From assembly GCA_965112735.1 (NCBI GenBank), contig OZ218951.1, positions 4,278,001 to 4,342,000 of the forward strand: a DNA stretch of 64,000 bases, in the 5' to 3' direction. The notes under the pieces were generated by a model. The model worked only from the letters and a program-made list of their open reading frames with translations. It did no database searches and was not told the origin of the DNA. Position 1 is the first letter of the stretch. Every line of letters begins with the position of its first letter. This document shows positions 53,658 through 64,000 of the stretch, in pieces. This DNA is from Phaeosaccion multiseriatum (taxonomy: Eukaryota; Protista; Ochrophyta, other classes). The position numbers were made by a program, and so were the translations under genes.

Positions 53658-56600
53658 TCATGGCGCTGCTTCTCTCTGTGGCCGCTGAGTGGTGGTGGTC
53701 TTGCCCTTAGTGACCGCCGTGTAGATGTTGCGAATGTTCTCAAGTTGGTGGTCCGCCTCGGCGTCCTTGTGATCCAAGAACAGCCCCCACACCTCCAGGA
53801 ACCGATCTCCAGCCATGTCCTTCCAACTCACCCCCCCCGTATCACCAACTGCACCACCACCACCACTTCCACTCCGCTCCCAAGGAAGCAGCGCAGAGGC
53901 CCCGGTGGGGACGTCGGCAATCGCAATCGCAGCGGCACGTCCCCCCCCCCTGGGCCCGCCGCCTTGCCCAGGGGGGTGGGCATTGAAGGCGTCTCCGAGC
54001 TTGAGACGGACGAGGTGCATGTAAGCAAGGCCAAGGTTCTTGAGCACCATGGCTGGGGGACTGCGTGTGTGGGGGTGGGGTGAGGGAGGGGTTTTGGATG
54101 AGGTGCGGTATGAAGGCTGACAGTAGCGGGGGCAGTAAGCAAGCAAGCAAGCCAGCACGCAACAAGCAGACAAGCAATTAAACAACAAGCAAGCAGACAA
54201 GCAAGTAAGCAAGCAAGCAAACAAACAAACAATAAGGAAGCAAGCAAGCAAGCAAGCAAGCAAGCAAACAAAGACAGCACGGAGGTACGAAGAAGAAGCA
54301 GAGAAGAGTCGACGGGAGAAGACAGGAAGAATGGGCAGCCAATCAACCAACCGATCGACCCACCTTTGGTCCGGTCTGTGCGTAACCTTCTCCAAGAAGA
54401 GAGCTGCTTGCACAATGTACATAGCTTCACGCTCTCCACGGTCCTCCTGGCGAATGGCCAAGGCCTGCATTAAGCCAGGGAGGGAGGGAGAGGGAGAGGC
54501 AGGGAGAGAGGGAGAGAAGCGAGGGAGACAAGCGAAGGAGAGAGGAGAGAGGAGAGAGAGAAAGTCTCAGAGGGTAAGAATCCTGTGATACTGTACCTGC
54601 TCCGTTCCATCTGTGTCGTAAGGTGGAAGGCTTATTCTTCCTTCAGGCGAACTAACCAAGTATCCTCTAGACACTTAGGTATTTGTCTCTTCTCTTCAGG
54701 ACACACACACGCCATACACCCGTACACCCACACTCCCCCACCCACACTCCCCTACCCGCCCACCCACGCACCCACGTACCCACGCACCCTCTGTCCTGAC
54801 ACCCACCCACCCCTCTGTCCTGACACTCACCCTCTCAAGCAGGTATGCCCCTGCATGCATGGCGTGATCGTAATACATGATGGGGAGGGTGCTCTCCCAC
54901 CCCTCGGGGCCGTACTTGTCCCCGGGGGGCAGGTCCTCAAAGTCCATGTGCTTTAGCGTGGTTTGCCACGCCCTCACCAGCCCCGAGGCATAGATATCGA
55001 GGGGAGGGGGAGAGTCACGCATGGACACTCTGCAGAGTAGGAGGAGGAGCGTTGTTGTGTATGTAGAGTGGAGGGGAGTGGAGGGGAGAATGAGGTGGCG
55101 ATGGGGGTGGGGGTGGGGGGAGGAGTGGGGTGGAGAGGAGAAGGGGGTGGAGTGGAGTGGGAGTGGAGCATAAAGGGGCTGGAATGTCGTACATTGTAGA
55201 GAAGCACACCACACCACAGCACAAAACAGCACAGCTTAGCACAGCACAGCAGCTGGCCATTCATTCAGGTTCGGCTGGAAGCGGATGGATGGGAAGGATG
55301 GAGCGCGGAGGGGTTGACTGGGGTTCGGGTAAGGGCTAACTGGTACTACGTACAGTTCCGCCATTCCCAGGGGGATGAACTCGAAGAGGCGATGCATCTC
55401 CGAGTCGGCGTAGTTCATCGTCCCCTCTCTGAAGATCAGCGACTTAGATCCGTGGGCCTCCCAGTTGGCGCGAAAGAAGTCCACCATCGTGAAACCGTCG
55501 CCACCGGAGACAGGGGAGTAGAACTCGCCAGGGAAGGTCACGGACGGGTACAGAGAGCGCTTAGACTTCCACCTATACGCACCCAAGCACACACGCACAC
55601 ACACACGCACGACAGACAGACGGACAGACAGACAACGTGAGTGAGCGAGTGACTAGCTGACTGGTTGAGCCACTAACGAAGTGCCTTATCCACTGACTGA
55701 CTGACTGATCAACCGACTGATCGACTGACTGAGTGTCTACCTGCTGTCTGCCTGCTGCCTGCCTGCCTGCTTGCTTGCCTGCCTACCCGCCTTAGTGACT
55801 GCCTAACTTAAGTGACTGCCTGACCACCGAGGGGAGGCTAGATATGAGAGACCTTCCTTCCTCTCCCTCCTCTGGGTACTCGCACACACGCAACACACAC
55901 ACGCACACACACAAGCACACACGCACACACTTACCAAGCGAAGGTCATCATAGACATGTTGAGGAGAGTCACATCACTCCGCACGTGCTCGCACACCTGC
56001 ATGTAGCGAGAGCTCGTCCACACCTGAGTGAGCGTCGTCAGAGGAGGGAGAGGCGTGGGGGGAGGAGGAAGGGATGGTAGTAGATGGGAGCGGAATCGTC
56101 CCGTGCAAGGAGGGGGAGATGAGCATGAGGACAGGCTCAAGCAGAAACGGGACATACATACATATTGCATCATATCCATGCGTTACCTTAACCTGCGTCA
56201 AGGATTACAGCAAGCTCCCTCCTCCCCCTCCCGCCCTCCCTCCCTCCCTCCCTCCCCCCCTCTCTTTCCTTTCCTCCCCCCACTCGCCTGATCGTTGTTA
56301 ATGAGCAGAATAGCCTTCGACGGCAACGGTTCCAGGAGAGCTTTGGCGTAACGGCTGAAGAATAGCGCCTCACTCTGATCCATGGCACCATACCAGGTCA
56401 AGACCTGCATACCCACAAGCGCCAATGCAAAGCCGCACACCGCGACACACGCCACTGGATACCCAACCAACCCCCCCAAGAGCAGGTAGGCCGAGAACAG
56501 CCCTGCCCCTGCAAGAACAAACACGATGATGTTGGGCTGCTGCCAGAAGCGAGCGTGCACCCCGAACAGAAGTGGGTCCTTCAAAGGCATGTTGGCGAGT

Positions 56601-58655
56601 GTGTGGAACACCAACAGGTACAGGCAGAGGGCCAGGGTCAGCGCCAGCCACACGCTGGCGCCATCGTCGTCCATGCTTCCCAACCAAGCAGCTACCACGC
56701 CTCTTGTGCCGCTGCTGCTTCTCGCTTTACCTCCGCCGCCGCTGCTGCCATTGCTGATGCTGTTGCCCTTGTCGAGAGTCCCACTGCTGCTGCTATTAAG
56801 GCCCGAGAAGGGTGCCATCACAACCCCCCCTCCTCCTCCTCCACCTCCTCCTCCTCCTCCACCTCCTCCTCGCACTTTCTTGCCCTTCGAGCCCCCTTCC
56901 TTACCTCGCTTCTTCTCTTGCGATTGCCACGCAGCGTGATTGCCCCCCCGTTCCCTCCCCTCCCCTCCTCTTACCCCCCTCGAAACTACAGCCTCCTTCT
57001 TCCACTTCCAGACGAAATGCAGGAGCGCCAGCAGCACCAAGGGCCCTGCGGTGTGCATGCTCTGTCGAGCCTGCAGGTCCTGTGCCCAGAGGGAGAGGCG
57101 CTCAAAGAGGGACTCTGAGTCGGCGTCGTCTCCTGGGAACAGTTTCAGTTTCAGTTTCAGGTCCGAGTTGAGGTTTCAGTTTCAGTCTATAGATCACGCG
57201 TGGGTATTGCGATGGGTGAGCCTCCTTCCCTTCACCCATACAGCCCCATGACCGTCAAATTAGGAGATCGAGCTACACTTACACGCACCTGAGAACAGGC
57301 GGAGGCTGCCGTAGTCTGCCCGGCGAAAGTGGTGCCAAAACCCCTGCAGCGTCGTCACCTCACCCCAAGAGCCTTGCTTCGGCTGATGGAGGGCCTGCGT
57401 CGGCGGTGAGAGAGAGCGGCGATTGGATTGGCGACGAGGGATTTGATGGCAGTGGGTGGGGACACAACAAAGCAAGCAGGAAGTAAGTAAGTCAGTAAGT
57501 AAGGAAAGGCAGGAAGTATGGATGACCGGGTGCGCTGAGTAACAGATGACGCACAAGAATCTGACAAGAGACTGGTGTTATGCTACCTATCCTACCCTAC
57601 CCTATCCTGCCCAAGAGGGAACTCCACCACTACACCAACGCGTCGTTTATGGTACACTGTCTAACCTGGAAAGGGAGGTACAGATAAGGCGTCAGACCCG
57701 CCAGGAAGCACAGGCCGAGGCTAAAAAAGCCCCACAACAAGGTGACGAAGGGATGACGTCCACCGCCGGCGCTGCTGCTGTTGCTGCTGCTGCTGCGACA
57801 AGTTTTGGTGATGAGCTGCCAAGCTACCCACCCTATAAGAGGGACCTCGTACAGCACCATTGTGTGCTGGTTTGTGAGAGCCAGACCGCACAGAAAGGCG
57901 CCAGTGGCTGCACCACACCAAGTGCGAGTAATTGAGAAGCGCAGAGTTGCCAGCAAAAGCGCAGCAGCGAATGCATTGTTCATCGCAAACACCTCCGCCG
58001 TCACAGCGTATTGCCACACCAGCGGCGAGAGGGCAAGCATGGCACCCGCCCAGCCCCCAGCCGCCAGCAGCGCCGCCCGGTGGTACAAGCTAGTCATCCC
58101 ATCGCATCCACTGCGTTCCTTCGTTCCTTCCTCCCCGTCTTCCTCCTCCGCCTTCTCCTCCCTCTTGTTCCCGAGCTTTATATTGCTCACAAGAGTCCAT
58201 ACACAGCATGCAACGAGGCCGGCACAGCCAGCATCCAGGAGAGCGGCAAAAGCATTCGCCCTGCCCGCGGGAGAAGCCAGCACACTGCTGGTGGTACTGC
58301 TGCTGGTGGTGGTCGAAGTCTTGCCCCCAGCTCCCCCATTACCGTCGCTGTCGATCCAGGCCGGTAACAAGATGGTCACCAAGTGGTTCAGCACCGTGAA
58401 GAGCGGGTAGCCAGGAGGGTGCGCGGTGCCAAGCTGGCAAGACTCCGCCAAGAGCTCTCCCGTATCACCCCCAGCTACTCCGGGAGAGAGCGTGGTCCAA
58501 TACACGGCAAGCACCAGGCTTGACACTGCCAAGGCCCCTCCCACCCAGCTCACCACCGCGACTGGAGCTTGCACGAGTGGAGAAGGACGCCGATTCAGCC
58601 CCCCTCCTCCCTTCGAGGTGATCCCTCCACCCTGCTGCTGTCGTCCTCTCTTCAT
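53658..58655 (-). CDS. TMEM260: TMEM260/DUF2723 protein O-mannosyltransferase-like (multi-exon)
   Basis: GGDTGELLAESCQLGTAHPPGYPLF, WQYAVTAEVF, GLALTNQHT, PYLYLP, RRADYGSLRL, RFWQQPN and a C-terminal KNLGLAY TPR-like segment. Confidence 0.88.
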
Positions 58656-58924
58656 TGCACGAGCGTGGCCAGTTTTGTGTCGAGATAGAAAGAGGGGAAT
58701 CAGGTGTCAACCGTCGGATCGATGGCAGTGAATGGCGAATTTTGCCCGCCTCTCCAACGTCAACATTCCATCAATACGGCGCCCAGAGCCTCTGCTTCTT
58801 GTGAGGACAGGAATAGACACCAATATACAGCCAATAGCATCAGCAGCAGCAGAAGAAGACATAGGAGTAGCCGTAGGAAGCGACTCTCTCATTATTGCCG
58901 TTGCTTTGAAAATCTGAGTCCGAG

Positions 58925-59563
58925 ATGGTGGCCACAGCCAAGGAGGTGCTGGGGCTGACGCTTCTGGAGAAGATTGCCATCTACTGCGCCGTGTTGTTTA
59001 CTTGCGTCGCGCTGAAGCTGACCTTCTCGAGGAGCCATCCGCCGCTCCAGCAACATCCACACCGCGCTCCTGGGTGGGTAGCCGTAAACTCCTCTCCGGC
59101 CAACCTCAAAGTGTCGCTGGGCAAGCTGGCCCTGGGCCTGGAAAGGGTGGGGCAGCAAGGACAGTCGCTTCAGCAGGCAGGGGCTCAGCAGCAGCAGGGG
59201 TTGGTTGCAGGGCCGCAGCAGCAGCAGCCGGGGTTTGTCGTGGGAGGGCAGCAACAACAAGTGGTGGCGAGTGGTGGCCAGCAGCCCGCGCAGGGGGTTG
59301 TCCAGAAGGTGGAGAAAGCAGCTGACGGAGCCGCCTCGAAGCTTGACGATCTCATCGTACTGATCGGCGGGGTGCAGGATGTGTACGCCGTGTTTCAAAA
59401 GCAGCTCAACGGAGGGAAGGCCCCAACAGAATCGGGAAAGGCCTCCCCTCCTGCTGCCGCCACGCAAAGGTGGGGGTATTCGGGCAAACGGGGTAGCCAG
59501 GTCGCTGCCGTAGGTCGCAAGCAAGGAAGCCAGCGCTCGTTCTTATCGCGTGGGAAGAGATAG
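58925..59563 (+). CDS. Hypothetical single-TM, Gln-rich protein
   Basis: 212-aa ORF with N-terminal hydrophobic segment IAIYCAVLFTCVALKLTF, divergent from TMEM260. No family recognised. Confidence 0.5.
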   Translation: MVATAKEVLGLTLLEKIAIYCAVLFTCVALKLTFSRSHPPLQQHPHRAPGWVAVNSSPANLKVSLGKLALGLERVGQQGQSLQQAGAQQQQGLVAGPQQQQPGFVVGGQQQQVVASGGQQPAQGVVQKVEKAADGAASKLDDLIVLIGGVQDVYAVFQKQLNGGKAPTESGKASPPAAATQRWGYSGKRGSQVAAVGRKQGSQRSFLSRGKR

Positions 59564-61198
59564 GCCATGCCGCAAGCACGGGGGGAGTGTGCGGAAGGCA
59601 AGGACAGACCTGGAACTGCACACGCCCTTTTTCTACCCCCCACAATGGTACCACTTATGACATGTAGGACAGAAGCATGCTACAAGGAGAGCCATGAAGT
59701 GTGGTGGAGGCCATTGCTGTCCACCATCGATTGGGAGTCAGCGAGAGACAGAAGAGAAGAGAGAGAGAGAGAGAGGAAGGCAGGGGAGGGCGCGCGACAC
59801 CCGTCGGTGCTCCCTGTGTGCCGTCTTCAGCAAGACTCGAAGGGGATTTGGTGGGTCACTGTTCGCTGACGGTGAGAAAGGAGGCTGGGATGACACGAAA
59901 TGGGGTGGGAAACTCTTGTCGGTCGCGCCTCATTCGACCCTGTCTCAAACAGTGGAGCACGCAGGGCACGCTGAGGATGCGTTACAGCGGCATCGACACA
60001 CACCAACCCCCCGGGAGCTTCTTCCCTCTTGTGTCTGTCTCTTCTGCGGATCTACCTAAGCGAGGGTGTATGTGAAGGAGCCGACGAGCCCTCACTGGGC
60101 TGACTTGGTTCGCGTTGCGTGCGCCCTCCTTCTTTCCTTCCTTCGTTCTCCCGCCCAATCCTCCGCTTCGATGATGTTGAAGGCGCTTCTTGTTGGCCAG
60201 TGGAGGGGGTTAGGAGGGCGGGGTGGGGTGCAGAGAGCACAAGGCATGCGTGCAAGCACCGAGGCAGGTGGGGAAACATCGCAGTCACGTGAGAAGACGC
60301 CTGCCCCATAGTGGACAGGACCAGCACTATCCAAGGCCTTGTCGGTGATGGCTACACACGTGGGGGAGCCGAGCTGAGCGGGAGTTCCTTGCAGGAGGCT
60401 CTTTCATTTCCGTTGCTTTGCCGTGCCGTCGGGTGCCTTCGAATCGTGTGAGCAGTCGCTCCGACGACGCCGACGAAGGAACTGCCGACGGAATGGCCAA
60501 TGGTCCACGGATTGTATGGAGGAGTCTTACGAGCTGTAGTGGAGGGGTGGCCGAGAGAAGGAAGGAGGGGCAGCAAGGCTCGCTGCCCCTGAGATTTCCA
60601 CGGAGGAGAGTGGCTCGAAGCGAGCAAGGAAGAAGAGCTCTACAATCCTCCCGTGAGAGCCGTGAGGGGGAAAAGGACGCGCGAACAGTCGCGCAGGAGG
60701 CATGCTCCGTGTTACGCCTCCACTGCGATCAAAATTAATTACTTAATTACCATTACACATTACGGTCTTCCTTCTTCAGACAGCAGCGGTCCGAAAGTAT
60801 GAGCGAAAACGGGGGGGGGGGGGGGTAAGGGGGAAGGTCTTGCAGAAATGCTGACAAGTAGGGAAGGAAAAAAACAATGAAAGCCGAAAGTCTATGGGGG
60901 GGATCGATAGGCATCTCAAAGAGTTACACGAAGAGCTCTAGCGCTTTTCCGAGCGTCATTTTGCTACAAGGGTCCAAAAAAATTTATTGGGGGCAATTTG
61001 GGCGATTCTTTCCCCTAGTGTAGTTCCTTCTAAAAAGAAAAGAAAGGAAATCGCCTTGACGGAATCACAAGAGCTGATGCATCAGCTCCGTAGTAGCTCG
61101 CAAGGGGGGGGATGGGCACCCACCTTGTCCTGACACCCCCTCTGCCTCGTCTCTGTGGCTCCCCTGGCGCCTCCTGTCGTTGCCCTTGGGGCTAGTCT

Positions 61199-62304
61199 CT
61201 ACTTCTCGATTTTGTCGTCGTGCTTCTTGTGCTTGTGGTGACCACCGAAGAGTGACTTGATGCCCTTGGCCGCCTCCCCAACAGTCTTCCCCACGTTCTC
61301 AGTTATGTGATGCTTAGCATCGAGCTTCTGCGCCGCCATGAAGGTAGTCGCAATGTCCTTCTTGGCTCGGTCAACCAAATGGTGTTCTTTATCCAGCTCC
61401 TTCATCTTCTCCACACCCTTGTCCATCTCCTTCTTCAGCTTGTCTGTCACGCCGTGCTCCTCATTGAACTCCTTGGCGTGGTGGATGGCGCCCTTCACAC
61501 CCACCTCAACCTTCTCCAGAATGTGATGCTCTTCGTTTAGTTCCTTTGCCTTCTCAATTGTCGCACCAATACCGTCCTTGAGCTTGTCGACAACATGATG
61601 CTCACGATCAATTTCCTTTGCCTTCTCAATCGTCGTGTCCAATGCGTCCTTCGCCTTGTCTACAAGGTGATGCTCCTCACTAAATTCCTTGGCCTTCTCG
61701 ATGGTCTCGTGCGCTGGGCCGACGGGAGGAGAATGGTTTGGGGAGGGGGAGAGGGGCGGTTGGGGTGGTTTTGTTTCAAAGAGGGTGGGGGAGAAACACG
61801 ACCAGGTGAAAGACACGTGTAAGAAAAGGAGGGAGTGAATCCATGGAGTCAAAGCAGTGAGGGGGCAGGTAGTAGTGAGTGGGAGCAGAAGGGCCAGACC
61901 CAGAGGAAGAAGAATAGCTTTGACTGAATCTTCCATTTCGAGTGCACGAGTACTCCTAACTTCTACTGACCTGCTCCGCCAACGCTCTTCGCGGCTTCTC
62001 CCACTCCGTCTGACTGCTGAGTAGCTGCCACAGCCCCGATTCCCAAGGCTACAGCCATCAGCGGTCCGGCCGCAACGAGACCGACGGCCGCTCCGGCAGC
62101 TCCCGCTCCCATCACTTCCTCTTTTGACGGACCCCTTCCTTCATCACTCTTATCCACCTTCTGCATCTTCGTAGGGGGAGACATCTTCTCCTCCAGGGCC
62201 TTCTTTAGCAGCCGCTCGACAAACGAGTTGGCTGCTAGGGCGGAGGTGACGGAAATGAGCAGCAGGAGCAGCAGGCACGTGGAGCCTCTGGTAACCAAAA
62301 TCAT
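61199..62304 (-). CDS. LEA-like 22-aa repeat protein with Gly-zipper segment and possible signal peptide (2 exons)
   Basis: GAAGAAVGLVAAGPLMAVALG followed by about six TIEKAKE.xEEHHxVDKxK repeats. Intron at about 61969-61715. Confidence 0.75.
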
Positions 62305-62596
62305 GCAAAGCTTGGCCTCTTTTGGTGTGGAGTGCAATGCGATGGGATTCCCTCTCTTTCCCTCCTTCTGAGTTCTGAAAATTTCTCATCGCATCTGGTA
62401 GTCGCTTGTCATCTGTGACTCCGTATCCGCGCAGCCCACACAGGCAGGCCCCACCTGCCCTTTTGGAGCAGGAATCTGCAGCGTACGCCACCCAACGTAG
62501 CAGCCAGAAGGAAAACAGCCACAGTACATACCAAAGCACCGACAGAAGCAGCAACAGCAGCAGCAACAGCAGCGCAGCAGCGTTACAGGCCACGGA

Positions 62597-63828
62597 ATGT
62601 CACTCGAGAAGCTCTCCCTGTACACCGCCTTGGTTGTAACCGGCGTGGTCATCCAGCTCGCGTATGACACCAGTGTTGGGCCGCTGGAGCAGGCTCTGTT
62701 TGCCTATCATCCCATTTGCATGACCTTGGGGTGAGAAGCAAGTAAAATGTCCGCCCTCTTGAGCATGAACGTGTCTTTCTGCCCTTCTCCGTCCCCCTCC
62801 TTTCCTCTTCGACACCTGACAACTCCCCGTCTCCCTCGGCCCTGACCTGACACCCCTCTAGGACTGTGCTCATGGCGACAGCCTCTATCCTGGCCACGCG
62901 CTCTCGGCACCGGGTGGACACGGTAGCCTCCAAGAGGCTCCGTGTGGTGTGGCATGTTGCGCTCAACGGCGCCGCTGTCCTCTTGGCGGGTGGCGGCTTC
63001 TACAGCATCTGGGAGAATAAGAATATACGAGGGAAGCCGCACTATACCACCTGGCACTCCTGGGTTGGTATAGGAATGGGAGCTCTTTGGTTCCTGTCTG
63101 CCTCACAAGGGAGCTTCAAGCTGGCCGCAAGCGGGGGCAAGGGCCTCAAGGTACGCTCCTGAATGAGCCAAGGGTGCCGAACGCGAAAGGGTGGTGCTGA
63201 GGATAGTCTCTCTCAATGTGAAGTCTTGGTTTGCTGCTGGTTATGACTCGTGGGATGAGAAAGAACATGACGGCCCTGTGACCCTCCCCTCTACTTTTGT
63301 GCCCTCCCTCTCTCTCTCTCCCTCTCCCTCTTCTCTCTCCATTCCCCCTCCCTCCCTCGCTCGCTCCGTCTCTGTCTCTCTCTCCGTCTATGTCTCTTCG
63401 CCTCTTTCTCTGTCTCTTTTGTCTCCTTTGCTGTCTCTGTCTCCCTCCTCCCTCCCTCCCTCCCTCGCTCCCTCCCCCTCTCCCCCCCCCCCCTCTCTTC
63501 TCTCTCTCTCTCGCTCCTCCTCTCCCAGTGGTTGTGGGTTTCCATGATTCACCGCTTCTTGGGCCTCTTTGGCTTTCTCACCGGGCTCGTCGCCGTGGGT
63601 CTCGGCTTTCAAAGCAATTGGGCGCGCAAGAATATGGGCGAGGGTTTGATTCAGGCCCTCACTCTGCTTCTGGTGTTGCTCGGCGCGGTCATAGCTCTGT
63701 CACCGCTGATAGAGGGGAGGGGGAAGTCGCGAGGAGGAGCAGCAGGGGGCCAGGGGCAAGGGGCGGGTGAAGTCGTCGCAAGCGGCTCATCGTCATCTTC
63801 GAATAAGGAGGGAAAGAAAAAAGCTTAG
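62597..63828 (+). CDS. Cytochrome b561 family transmembrane reductase (3 exons)
   Basis: Four heme-ligand His in the expected contexts: FAYHPICM, VVWHVALN, TTWHSWVG and MIHRFLG. Confidence 0.88.
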
Positions 63829-64000
63829 TGAGTGAGTGAGTGAGTGACTGACTGGGTGAGTGTGTGTGTTTGTACGTGAGGGTACGTGTGTGTGTGTGTG
63901 TGTGTGCGTGTGTGTGTGCGTTGCATGTGTGTGCGTGGGTGTGCGTGCGTGCGTGCATGATTGAGTGAGTAGTGAGTGAGGTGGTGTTCACACGTTAGAG

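Noticed and set aside
61071-61088. Perfect 18-bp palindrome GAGCTGATGCATCAGCTC
   Set aside because: Isolated, with no supporting element structure, so I cannot assign a function.

Overview
Gene-dense eukaryotic nuclear DNA, most likely from a photosynthetic stramenopile (ochrophyte alga): three genes carry bipartite signal-peptide + F/W plastid-targeting presequences. Introns are short and full of microsatellites, so most six-frame ORFs are artefacts. I reconstructed gene models by hand from GT-AG junctions, and exon edges are approximate. About 14 host genes are recognisable: two paralogous ankyrin-repeat genes flanking a plastid Der/EngA GTPase, a beta-lactamase-fold protein with an altered active site, an RDH-type SDR, a thylakoid cyclophilin, a NEK kinase, a fumarate reductase/cytochrome-b5-reductase fusion, a thylakoid lumen protein, an intronless carbonyl reductase, TMEM260, a His-pair repeat protein, a small unknown ORF and a cytochrome b561. 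Four observations stand out. (1) A ~16-exon, phase-consistent gene fuses a secreted PLC-like phosphodiesterase and C-type-lectin-like module to a complete five-TM Tweety domain. (2) A 5-kb element with 61-bp terminal inverted repeats and GGACGTCC subterminal repeats has no visible transposase but carries a decayed CtIP/Sae2 C-terminal domain. (3) A 5'-truncated CRE-like non-LTR retroelement has a twin-priming-type 5' inversion. (4) The 12-mer AGTTGGTGATAC occurs 12 times across exons, introns and intergenic DNA.
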